The notes under the pieces are model-generated. The model ran no database searches and was not told where the DNA came from. It saw only the letters and a program-made list of their open reading frames with translations. The position numbers and the translations under genes are program-made. From Coprobacillus sp. (GTDB taxonomy: Bacteria; Bacillota_I; Bacilli_A; RFN20; CAG-826), in contig JAJQAL010000022.1 in assembly GCA_021203815.1 (NCBI GenBank), positions 1 to 62,516 of the forward strand: DNA of 62,516 bases, read 5' to 3'. The number at the start of each line of letters is the position of its first letter. Position 1 is the first letter of the stretch. Positions 1 to 8,922 of this stretch are shown one piece after another.

Positions 1-37
1 TTTTTATTTTATCATTATAAAATAGATATCTCATTAA

Positions 38-65
38 TTAAAAAGGAATGGGCAGCGCCCATTCC
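38..65 (-). terminator. Intrinsic terminator after the 450-aa lipoprotein gene
   Basis: A 9-bp GC-rich stem GGAATGGGC/GCCCATTCC (45-53 / 57-65, 3-nt loop). On the minus strand it is followed by TTTTT. Confidence 0.7.
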
Positions 66-95
66 CTATTATTATGACTTATAAATTAGTGATTA

Positions 96-1448
96 CTATT
101 CTTCAGTGCCAGTAGAAACAGGATATAGACGTCCTGGATACTGATGTTCACCATTTAAATAAGAATATTTTGACATACCAAAGGTCGTATAACTGCTATA
201 TGTACCCATAAAATAAGTTGTGCCAGACTCATTATTTGTGTCAATATCAACGCCATTCACTACCATAGTATTATAGGTACTATCCCATGTAAATGTGGTG
301 TATGTAGGATTAGTTCCCTCCCCATCAGTAGTGACAGTTGCATCCACTAAGTCAAAATTATAGTAATATGTCCCCTCGGTTTCATCCTTCACTTTCTTAA
401 CAAGAGCAATATATTTAGTATTACTATCAATAGTAACTGAAAGAGTATAACCACCAGAGACTGCGGTAACAGTCACTTCAGCGGCCTTACTAACATCTTG
501 ATCCGTCGCGCCATAATTATTAGAAATACTACCAGTAAAGTAGTATCTACCATAGGTACTTTCACTATAATCATTATAAAGCGCTAAATAGTAGGTGCCA
601 CCAGAAGTAGGCTCTGCGGTAATATAATCGACTTCTTCTTCAGGGCAAGTCCAAGGAGTAGACTCGATAGCCTCGTCAGGATTATAAAGTGTGGCGATTG
701 GCGAAGGGTTTGCCGAAGAAGGTCCATAGCTAGAAACTAAAGAAGCATATAAACAGTCATATGCTGAGTTATAGCAAAGGAAATACTCTCCATCTTCCGT
801 GCCAAATGCTCCAATTTCACGGTTCCAATATACAGCAGTGGGTTCGGTTAAATACTGTAAAACAATGTATTTACCAACAGTTACAATACAGATATAATAA
901 GTTACATTATTGAGCTCAAAGGAAAGATAGTATCCACCGTCACCAGCATCGGAAAGGGTAACTTCGATAGCTTCATCAAGACTCATAGTAAGATTACCTT
1001 CGTAATCATAATCTTTAGGTGTCGTACCATCAATATATTTGTATTCATCACTACTAGTTAAGAAGCCAAGGTAATATTGCTCACCAACAGTGTAAGGCAT
1101 TTCATAAAAAATCTGCTCTAAAATAGAAAGATCAACGGAATCTGAAACTCCGCCCCAAGAAGCGGTAATGGTGACATCACCGTCGCCAACAGCATAGATA
1201 TTAAGTCCTGCAGTTGTAACAACATTAGTATTGCTTGAACTAATGACAATATCGCCAGTAGTAATAGCAGACGATATATTGGTCTCAGGATCAGTAGCAA
1301 TTTCAAGAGTACGGTATGATTCACCAACATGCCACTCTTCCTTTAAAGCCTCTTTATTAGTAATAGTTATAGTGGAACTATTACATCCAGCTAATGCGCC
1401 CACACCAATGCAAGCTAGTAAGGCTACATTTAAAAGTTTTCTCTTCAT
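96..1448 (-). CDS. Surface lipoprotein with an N-terminal Ig-like (Big_2-type) domain and two tandem Tyr-rich repeat domains
   Basis: Signal peptide with lipobox LAG|C. Residues ~28-110 look like a bacterial Ig-like group 2 domain (NVVTTAGLNIYAVGDGDVTITASW). An internal duplication is visible by eye. No functional homologue recognised. Confidence 0.8.
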   Translation of the reverse strand: MKRKLLNVALLACIGVGALAGCNSSTITITNKEALKEEWHVGESYRTLEIATDPETNISSAITTGDIVISSSNTNVVTTAGLNIYAVGDGDVTITASWGGVSDSVDLSILEQIFYEMPYTVGEQYYLGFLTSSDEYKYIDGTTPKDYDYEGNLTMSLDEAIEVTLSDAGDGGYYLSFELNNVTYYICIVTVGKYIVLQYLTEPTAVYWNREIGAFGTEDGEYFLCYNSAYDCLYASLVSSYGPSSANPSPIATLYNPDEAIESTPWTCPEEEVDYITAEPTSGGTYYLALYNDYSESTYGRYYFTGSISNNYGATDQDVSKAAEVTVTAVSGGYTLSVTIDSNTKYIALVKKVKDETEGTYYYNFDLVDATVTTDGEGTNPTYTTFTWDSTYNTMVVNGVDIDTNNESGTTYFMGTYSSYTTFGMSKYSYLNGEHQYPGRLYPVSTGTEE

Positions 1449-1540
1449 AAAATAACTCCTTATAAATAATAAATTTTTATAGTTATTAACAACTGCTAAT
1501 AACTAGGCATGTGTAAAAGAAGCAATATATACGTAATAGT

Positions 1541-2011
1541 TTACTGTATAAATACTTCGTTATTTATATCTTTAAGTAGTCTAGTATATAAGACACGTTT
1601 ATATATACCAGTGCCGACATATATACCGCCGACTACTAGAAGAACAAGGGAAGCGCCGAATAGTATCATAGAGACATAGAATTCGGTACAAGTAGGATCA
1701 AGAACATGTTGATTTGCGGGTTTTTTAGCGAGAATAAAGAAGATAATAGCGATAATAACCGCGATCACACCAATACAGATGCATTCCATACCAATCGCAA
1801 AGGAATTGCAGCCTTTTTGATATTGTTCATGGGCGGCTCTACTTAAATCTTTCATTTCTTCATCGCTTAAATGATGATGAATATGAGCCCCGCAGTTAGG
1901 GCAGGAATAAACAAGTTCGGTGTTCTCATCGATTTCACTTTCAACGTCAGAGCTCATCTTCGAAAGAGCCTTAGTTTCATCAATCTTTTTTCCGCAGTTT
2001 GTACAGTACAT
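1541..2011 (-). CDS. Zinc-ribbon membrane protein (two predicted TM helices)
   Basis: N-terminal CTNCG ... CPNCG zinc-ribbon pair followed by two hydrophobic helices. It starts 14 nt downstream of the nuclease gene, so it is probably co-transcribed. Confidence 0.7.
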   Translation of the reverse strand: MYCTNCGKKIDETKALSKMSSDVESEIDENTELVYSCPNCGAHIHHHLSDEEMKDLSRAAHEQYQKGCNSFAIGMECICIGVIAVIIAIIFFILAKKPANQHVLDPTCTEFYVSMILFGASLVLLVVGGIYVGTGIYKRVLYTRLLKDINNEVFIQ

Positions 2012-2025
2012 ACTCTTCTCCTTAT

Positions 2026-3600
2026 TTATTCGTCACTAAGATCTTCACTACCTTCTGGGACATAATCATTTCCCGCATAGATAAGATCACTCGAGTCCTG
2101 AGGAAGGATTTCTATACGGATATTCCCAGCGTTGGTGATATGGAAGGTAAGAATACCGCTTACCTTAAAATAACTACCGACATAGTCATCTGCAGAGTTA
2201 AAGACTCTATTTTTATTATCCGGGTCTCCTTTATAGGAGAAGGAAATATAGATAACTATATTATCAGAGGAGCCATAGCTTGTATCAAAGTAGAGATAAT
2301 TACCGCTTGACCCTTCCGTAAAACCTTTTATTTCAAGATATTCACTAATTTCAATACGTCTATTTAGCCAGTCGTATCGATTATCTCCTAAGGCGATTTC
2401 CTTAAGCTCTTCATAAGAGAGAGCGGTATCAGTAACGCAGTGAATACCGTCTTCATATCGTTCATTTTCCTCAGCGGTTCTCATAATCCAGGCGTCTCTA
2501 TAAGAGTATGAGGTAGCGGCAGGGAAATATCCCGCGACATCAGTAAGCTGTAAACCATAGTTATCACTGACCTGGCATAAAGCATAGAGCTGTAAATAGG
2601 TATTTCTCTCAACATATTTACTTCTAACCGCGCTCATACCGGCAAAGATATTAATTCCAGCCCACACGCCCTCTGTAAATGGAACCTGTGGTGCGTCATC
2701 TCTTCCTTCATAGAATTCATTAAGCCAGTCCGCGTCATAATAGTCTGCGAGAAAGATCGTATTATTTGTATAGGAGGCAACGCTTCCTTCAACAATAACA
2801 CGGACGTTATTCCAAGGAGAAGTATAAGTCGTTTTATTTTCTCTCGCTTCTAGATCCTTTTTAGTTTCTAGCTGCAATTCATAAAGGGAGACATAAACAT
2901 ATTCATCTCCTGGCCAGTATGGCGGAGTAACATCATCCCATAAGCAGAGCTTATAGGCCTCTGCTTGATTTTGAGCGGCGTAGAATGTATCGACATAGTC
3001 AGGCATGGATAAGACGTTTTTAACCCAAGATAGTCCGGACTGGACAATCCATAGATTAAGAAGCACTAAATCCTGGTAAGGACAGTTTTCTTCTTCTGAA
3101 ATCCAAACAAGAGAAACATATCTACTTCCTGTCGAATCGGTTTCAGGAGCGCCGTAACCCTCCTGCGCGGTACTTACGACAATGGTCTTTGCTTCGCTTA
3201 ATTTTTCCTGAGTAAAGACGGAGGCTTCTTTTCCCCATTTCTCGACATTACCAGTGGACTCTGGGGTATCAATTCCGTAGTATCTCGCTTTTATTATATC
3301 ATTAGCGCTGTCATTTCCATCGATAGGCATAAAGTGAGTGGTATCACCATCGATATAGTTAAAGACTGTAACTTCGGCAATGCCGTCAGTCCAGAAATTC
3401 TTTCCTTTGTAGTCGTGATTTAAGGTTACAGAGCCGTCATGAACATAATCCACAAACTTATCATCGATATAAGGGGTATAGTTTCCCTCGCTATCAAATC
3501 TAGGGTGTTCCTCCTCACAGCTAGTGAGGGTTCCCACTCCTCCAAGAAGAAGAGTAATAACGGGAATAAATAAGAGTAATTTTCCTCTATTTGCTTTCAT
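2026..3600 (-). CDS. Thermonuclease (staphylococcal-nuclease fold) surface lipoprotein with a ~300-aa C-terminal extension
   Basis: Lipobox LTS|C. SNase-type motifs DGDTTHF, ARYYGIDTPES, GSRYVSLVWI and LNLWIVQSGLSW. Confidence 0.85.
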   Translation of the reverse strand: MKANRGKLLLFIPVITLLLGGVGTLTSCEEEHPRFDSEGNYTPYIDDKFVDYVHDGSVTLNHDYKGKNFWTDGIAEVTVFNYIDGDTTHFMPIDGNDSANDIIKARYYGIDTPESTGNVEKWGKEASVFTQEKLSEAKTIVVSTAQEGYGAPETDSTGSRYVSLVWISEEENCPYQDLVLLNLWIVQSGLSWVKNVLSMPDYVDTFYAAQNQAEAYKLCLWDDVTPPYWPGDEYVYVSLYELQLETKKDLEARENKTTYTSPWNNVRVIVEGSVASYTNNTIFLADYYDADWLNEFYEGRDDAPQVPFTEGVWAGINIFAGMSAVRSKYVERNTYLQLYALCQVSDNYGLQLTDVAGYFPAATSYSYRDAWIMRTAEENERYEDGIHCVTDTALSYEELKEIALGDNRYDWLNRRIEISEYLEIKGFTEGSSGNYLYFDTSYGSSDNIVIYISFSYKGDPDNKNRVFNSADDYVGSYFKVSGILTFHITNAGNIRIEILPQDSSDLIYAGNDYVPEGSEDLSDE

Positions 3601-3618
3601 TTCTATTTCCTCCCTCTA

Positions 3619-5112
3619 TTACATTGACAACTTCGCCTGATTTATCGCGTTATCAAAGGCAGCGGATACACTATTATTATGAGATAAAACATCAGTAATA
3701 ATACCGCCTGCTTGATCACGAAGGGTGGCACTTCCTGGGAATGATGGAGTCATAAAATAGCTATCGATAATATCGAGAACAACTTGAGCCGTCTGCGCGT
3801 AGTTTTCTCCATATTTAAGATATTCCATATACTCATCAGTTTCATAAGCGCTATAACGTACAGGGGAATAGCCTTCACTACCATAGGTACAAAGCTCAAT
3901 ATTAACATCAACATTAGTGAGATATTTCATGAATTTCCATCCGTAGTAGTTACGCTCATCATTCACCTCGTCGGAAAGCGCAGGGTTACGGAGAAGAGTA
4001 ATGGAAGGACCCTGACAGACATAAATAGGATTATCATTATCCGCGGGAACGGTACAGACGCCAACTTCAAAGTCGTTTGTAGTGGGGAAGTTATAGCCCG
4101 CTCCACCGCTCGAACCTATCGAGAAGATAGCTTCTTGATCAATAAAGTAGTTAGAACCATATTCGCCAAGTGTTCCTTTGGTTTCAAGAACGCCTTCATC
4201 ATGCCAGTAGAGAAGCTCACTTACCATCTCTTCAGCGGCTTCTCTTGCTTCGCCTTCCTCAAAATCAATACTCCCTTTTTTGGTTTCATAATTGACCGAG
4301 GAATAGGGGATTTCGTTTTGATACATCTTCGTGATGAATAGGTTTCCATCACTATCATAAACCACCGGGACAAAATCAGTGGAGAGACGATCGTTGGTCC
4401 ATAGATTTTCATCCGCCGCAAATTCCCCAATTTTCATAAGTTCATCCCAAGATATCTGGGAGAGATATTGGTCATAGGTTAGACCATTTGTATCGATGTA
4501 GTAGGGATCGCCTTCTTTAAGGCCATCTTCACTAACTCCCGTCATTTGATCGAGAATAGCATCGGTACAGTCTTTGTTATAAAACATTACTTCCGTGGAT
4601 TTCATAAGAGGAAGGAGATATGTGCCTTCTTTAGCGAAGGAGGTTCCTTCTTCGATATAAGCGGGAATGAAATCATCGAGTCCTTCTTCGGTATCACCAA
4701 GCCATTTCTCTTTTCCAAAGCCTACTTCTGGGTCATTAATGTATTTATCTAGATTAACGACATGTTCACCATCTTTGCCTTCGGAGTTGATATAGTCCGC
4801 GACGTGGTCAGCGTAAGCTACGGCGATAGTGGGGACACTATCAGCGCTCCAGCCCTGATTAATATTGGAGAATATATCGTCATAGCCGCCTTTATATACT
4901 GGTTCAACGACTACTTCAACACCTTCGTTATCATATACATCTTTTTCAAAGCGACTGATTATATCATCGAGCCTATCTTGAATTCCTTGACCAAAAGTGT
5001 GCCAGAAGATGACATGTATTTTCCCGTCATCTTTACTTCCACAGGAAGTAGCAGTAAGACTAAGGGCAATTACAGCAACAGTAAGGGATATCTTTTTAAG
5101 ACTACTTTTCAT
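3619..5112 (-). CDS. ABC transporter substrate-binding lipoprotein (family 1, sugar/glycerol-phosphate type), paralogue 2
   Basis: Lipobox ATS|C. Length and FWHTFG ... YVCQGPSITLL pattern are shared with the neighbouring SBP. Lies in the operon with MalFGK-like components. Confidence 0.85.
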   Translation of the reverse strand: MKSSLKKISLTVAVIALSLTATSCGSKDDGKIHVIFWHTFGQGIQDRLDDIISRFEKDVYDNEGVEVVVEPVYKGGYDDIFSNINQGWSADSVPTIAVAYADHVADYINSEGKDGEHVVNLDKYINDPEVGFGKEKWLGDTEEGLDDFIPAYIEEGTSFAKEGTYLLPLMKSTEVMFYNKDCTDAILDQMTGVSEDGLKEGDPYYIDTNGLTYDQYLSQISWDELMKIGEFAADENLWTNDRLSTDFVPVVYDSDGNLFITKMYQNEIPYSSVNYETKKGSIDFEEGEAREAAEEMVSELLYWHDEGVLETKGTLGEYGSNYFIDQEAIFSIGSSGGAGYNFPTTNDFEVGVCTVPADNDNPIYVCQGPSITLLRNPALSDEVNDERNYYGWKFMKYLTNVDVNIELCTYGSEGYSPVRYSAYETDEYMEYLKYGENYAQTAQVVLDIIDSYFMTPSFPGSATLRDQAGGIITDVLSHNNSVSAAFDNAINQAKLSM

Positions 5113-5222
5113 ATATCTACCTCCCTTTCTTATAAAATTCGTAAGTAGATTATAATTTTATGTTTAATAAGATTGTAGCACTTACGTGCTAAAAGTTAAG
5201 TAAGACTTATAAAAATCTTATC

Positions 5223-6683
5223 TTAGATCCCACTACTTGGAAGTGAGAGCTTGGCCTCATTAACCGCAACCTCGAAAATGCTATCGATATCTTTCTCAAT
5301 ATCGGTGGATAAGAGGCACTGAGTCATTACTGATCCAGCCTGGGTACGAGCCGCACTACTTCCTTGGAAGACAGGAGAGGTAAAGAGGGTATCAGCCACA
5401 TCAGCGTAGAAGCTATAAACTTGAGCATAGGTTAATTCGTCACCAGACTTACCAGAGTAGCTTGATTCACCAAGCCAGTCATCAGACTCATAAGCGCTCG
5501 TTCTAATTGGCATATAACCAGTTTCAAGAGCCCAGTATGTGGTGTTCTCAGTGTTAGTGAGGAATTTATAGAAGAGCCAAGAAGCAAGAGCTTCATCACC
5601 ATTTACATCATCTTTTTGACGTAAGAAGACAATGGATGGACCCTGACAGATAGATTTCTCTTCGCAGCCTTCCGCTTGAGGAATAGAGGTGACATAAGTG
5701 GTAAAACCATTGCTTCCACCAAGCTGGTATTTAACACCACCAGTGGAACCAACACTCATAAGGCATCCCTGCTCCACAAAGGAGTAGTTAGTGTAGTTAC
5801 CGGTAGTTCCCTGAGTAATAATACCTTCAAAACCAGTCGCTTCATTAGTGGCGTTAGCGTTGAAGATTCTCATGAGATCTTTCATATCATCATTATCAAA
5901 ATCAATGCTACCGATACCGGTTTGATAATTGATGGAGGTGTAATCATATCCATACTGCTCCGCAAGGGTAATAAAGAGGTTAGCATCGGAGTCATAGCCT
6001 AAAACACCATGATAAGTCGTGCTATTATCATCGTTAATTAGGTATGGATCTTCGGTTTCCATATATTTATTTAAAGCAGGGATAAGATGTTCAAAGAGTT
6101 CTTCCCAAGTAAGACTATCCATATAGGACACACTTAGGGCGTCTCCATCATTGATTTCAGGATCAATATTAGAGAGGTCGAGACCAATTAAAACATCACT
6201 ATTATAGAATAGCGCTTCAGTAGAAGCGGCAAATGGAAGACACCATGTGCCTTCAACTTGGAGGTTTTGACCGGTGGCGATGAGGTTTTCAAGCATATCT
6301 TCTCTCTCAGCCTTAGTCCAACCATAGGTCTTATCTTCCATATAATCATCCATTTGAATGACATTTCCAGTGGTAAGGTAGTCCGCGACATGGTCAGGAT
6401 AGCAAAGCGCCATGTTAGGATAATCATCCGCTGGGAAACCATTTAAAATCATAGTTTCAAGGTCATCATAACTTCCTGTTTGTTTAACTTCAGTCACATG
6501 AATATTAGGATACTCTTCTTCAAAAGCATCGATAATTTTCTGAAGCTGCTCCTCATATGAGAATGTGTGCCAGAAAGTAATTTCAATATCCTCATCACCA
6601 AGGCTAAGGCTATCACCACAAGAGGCAAGGGCCACGGCAAGGATTGGGACACATAGAGCAGTTAAAACTTTGTTGTGTTTCAT
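5223..6683 (-). CDS. ABC transporter substrate-binding lipoprotein (family 1), paralogue 1
   Basis: Lipobox LAS|C. FWHTFS ... ICQGPSIVFL motifs parallel those of the 497-aa paralogue. Confidence 0.85.
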   Translation of the reverse strand: MKHNKVLTALCVPILAVALASCGDSLSLGDEDIEITFWHTFSYEEQLQKIIDAFEEEYPNIHVTEVKQTGSYDDLETMILNGFPADDYPNMALCYPDHVADYLTTGNVIQMDDYMEDKTYGWTKAEREDMLENLIATGQNLQVEGTWCLPFAASTEALFYNSDVLIGLDLSNIDPEINDGDALSVSYMDSLTWEELFEHLIPALNKYMETEDPYLINDDNSTTYHGVLGYDSDANLFITLAEQYGYDYTSINYQTGIGSIDFDNDDMKDLMRIFNANATNEATGFEGIITQGTTGNYTNYSFVEQGCLMSVGSTGGVKYQLGGSNGFTTYVTSIPQAEGCEEKSICQGPSIVFLRQKDDVNGDEALASWLFYKFLTNTENTTYWALETGYMPIRTSAYESDDWLGESSYSGKSGDELTYAQVYSFYADVADTLFTSPVFQGSSAARTQAGSVMTQCLLSTDIEKDIDSIFEVAVNEAKLSLPSSGI

Positions 6684-6728
6684 AATAAGTAATACTCCTT
6701 TTTAATTTTTTGACAATATGTCAATAGA

Positions 6729-7787
6729 TTATCCTTTAATTCCCGCTCTTCCAACGCCTCTCATAATATACTTACGGAAGAAGATAAAGAGAAGGAATAA
6801 TGGGACAGTAACACAGACGGTTGCCGCCATCTGATATCCGTATTCTGTTTGTCCAGCATCGACATCGACGAAGGCACTAGATCTAAGGCCGTTAGATATG
6901 AGTTGATACTCAGATTTAGAGGCCACTAAGTTAGGCCAGACGTACGAGTTCCATGCTCCCATAAACTTAAGAATACAGATTGATATTAATGTTGGCGCGG
7001 CAAGTGGGACCATCACTCTCCAAAGGAATGACCAGTCACTCTTTCCGTCAACCTTTGCCGCAAGGTACAGTTCGTTTGGAATCTGTTTAAAGTTTTGACG
7101 GAGTAAATAGATGTAATAGACACTTATCCAGAACGGCACAATCATCGCTAAATAGGCATCAAGTAAAGTTTGGTCTTCACCAATCCAGCCAAAGGAGGCG
7201 ACGGTTATGTAGTTTGAGATAACCATCATTTCGCCCGGTATCATCATGGTCATAAGGAAGATCATAAAGACCGCTTCTCTTCCCTTAAAGTTAAGACGAG
7301 AGAAAGCAAAGGCGGCGAGAATTGTGGTTATCAGGGTTCCTAAAGTGTCAAAGACTGCCACTACGATTGTATTAAGCATATATCTTCCAAACTTAAAGAC
7401 CTGGAAGACATAAACGTAGTTGCTCCACATGACTATCGAGGGGAAGAAGGTCTGCGTAGAGGCAAGAATTTCTGACCTCTGTTTAAAGGATGTAATAATC
7501 ATCCAGTAGAATGGGAATATAACAAGAAGCGCCATCACGACAAGGAAGATATATGTAAGCGTGGTAAAGACCGCTTTACTAACTCTTTCCTGAGCTTTAA
7601 TGGATTCGACGGTTCTTCCTGACTGCTCGATTGAGAGAACGAGATTATCATTCACTCTGATTTTCTTAAAATCAGGATAGATGTTATATTGTTCTTCCTC
7701 AGTAGACCCGCCATCATCGGGAGTTAAAGAATCAGGGATTTGTTCCTCGAGTTTTAATTCACTATCAAGGGTTTCACTCTCTTCCAT
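6729..7787 (-). CDS. ABC transporter permease (MalG/UgpE-like) with an acidic ~70-aa N-terminal extension
   Basis: Six hydrophobic helices. EAA-loop-like YLAAKVDGKSDWSFLWRVMVPLAAP. Strong SD (AAGGAGGTG) 5 nt upstream of the ATG. Confidence 0.9.
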   Translation of the reverse strand: MEESETLDSELKLEEQIPDSLTPDDGGSTEEEQYNIYPDFKKIRVNDNLVLSIEQSGRTVESIKAQERVSKAVFTTLTYIFLVVMALLVIFPFYWMIITSFKQRSEILASTQTFFPSIVMWSNYVYVFQVFKFGRYMLNTIVVAVFDTLGTLITTILAAFAFSRLNFKGREAVFMIFLMTMMIPGEMMVISNYITVASFGWIGEDQTLLDAYLAMIVPFWISVYYIYLLRQNFKQIPNELYLAAKVDGKSDWSFLWRVMVPLAAPTLISICILKFMGAWNSYVWPNLVASKSEYQLISNGLRSSAFVDVDAGQTEYGYQMAATVCVTVPLFLLFIFFRKYIMRGVGRAGIKG

Positions 7788-7798
7788 AATTCACCTCC

Positions 7799-8914
7799 TT
7801 AGTAGTAAATCCTTCGGTTAGAGACCCAAAATTCAATAACCGTAAAGATTAATATAATGACGAATAGGAATACTGCGGCTGCCGCAGCATAGCTAGTCTG
7901 TGTGGACAAATAGTTATAGATATAGTAGACAATTGTCTCCATATTTGGAGTGCCCGCTGTTCCAAGGGTTCCCGGTCCATTAAAGAGAGCGACCACTGAG
8001 GTGTACTCCTTAAAGGCACCCATAAAGGAAGTCACTAAGATATACATAATCTGAGGACCAAGAAGAGGAATAGTTATATGCATAAGTCTCTTACTTCTAG
8101 AGGCCGCGTCAATCTGAGCGGCTTGATAATACTGCTTATCAATACCCTGTAGACCTGAGAGGAAGATTAAAATCTTAAATGGCAGCGCTGACCAAATGAT
8201 ATAGGTACAAAGCGGCACCATCGCCACCCACCGGTTCGCGCCGTATATCCATTTAAAGCCTTCTAACTGGAATATATAGTTTATTATGCCGTTTTCCGCG
8301 AAAATAACAGAGAAGACTAGTCCAATAGCGATAGTGTTTGTTACATACGGCAGGAAGAAGATGGTCTGAAGGATTCTTTGGAACCACTTAATGGAGTTAA
8401 GAGCCACCGCAATAAGAAGGGCTAAAATTGTCGCAATAGGCACAGTCACAAACACGATAAAGAAAGTATTTGGAATCGCGTACTGGACGAAATACATCTC
8501 TCTCGCTCCATTATCGGTCTCCATTAGACCAAGAATAATACCATAGTTAGAGAAGGTAAAACCGCTATGATGACCAGTCGCGTAGTTATAATCCTTAAGG
8601 AAGGAGATAACAATCGTATTAATAAGAGGATAAATGAGGAAAATGATGAGAAGGATAATAACAGGAGCGAGGTAAATCCAGGCTCTCCAGTTATTTTTCG
8701 CCACGACATCATCCACACCGCCGACTTTATATTCCTTCGTCGCTCTCTTTTTCGAGACGAGACGAATAACCGTATTATCGCTTTGGTCATAATAGACGCC
8801 TTTAGCGTCTAGCGCTAACTGTTCGTCTGTTAAAACGACGGGATCACATTCAACGAGCTCGTTTTTCTTTTTCGGATGGAATAGCTTATAGAAGAAATTT
8901 TTTACCTTTTTCAT
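7799..8914 (-). CDS. ABC transporter permease (MalF/UgpA-like) with a ~75-aa N-terminal extension
   Basis: Polytopic membrane protein. EAA-loop-like QAAQIDAASRSKRLMHITIPLLGP. Only 8 nt downstream of the ATPase gene. Confidence 0.9.
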   Translation of the reverse strand: MKKVKNFFYKLFHPKKKNELVECDPVVLTDEQLALDAKGVYYDQSDNTVIRLVSKKRATKEYKVGGVDDVVAKNNWRAWIYLAPVIILLIIFLIYPLINTIVISFLKDYNYATGHHSGFTFSNYGIILGLMETDNGAREMYFVQYAIPNTFFIVFVTVPIATILALLIAVALNSIKWFQRILQTIFFLPYVTNTIAIGLVFSVIFAENGIINYIFQLEGFKWIYGANRWVAMVPLCTYIIWSALPFKILIFLSGLQGIDKQYYQAAQIDAASRSKRLMHITIPLLGPQIMYILVTSFMGAFKEYTSVVALFNGPGTLGTAGTPNMETIVYYIYNYLSTQTSYAAAAAVFLFVIILIFTVIEFWVSNRRIYY

Positions 8915-8922
8915 AAAATCCT

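Noticed and set aside
5113-5222. A 7-bp inverted repeat CGTAAGT...ACTTACG and a small hairpin TAGCAC/GTGCTA between the two SBP genes.
   Set aside because: The stems are short with no adjacent T-tract. This is compatible with a weak internal promoter or processing region, but it cannot be supported as a discrete feature.
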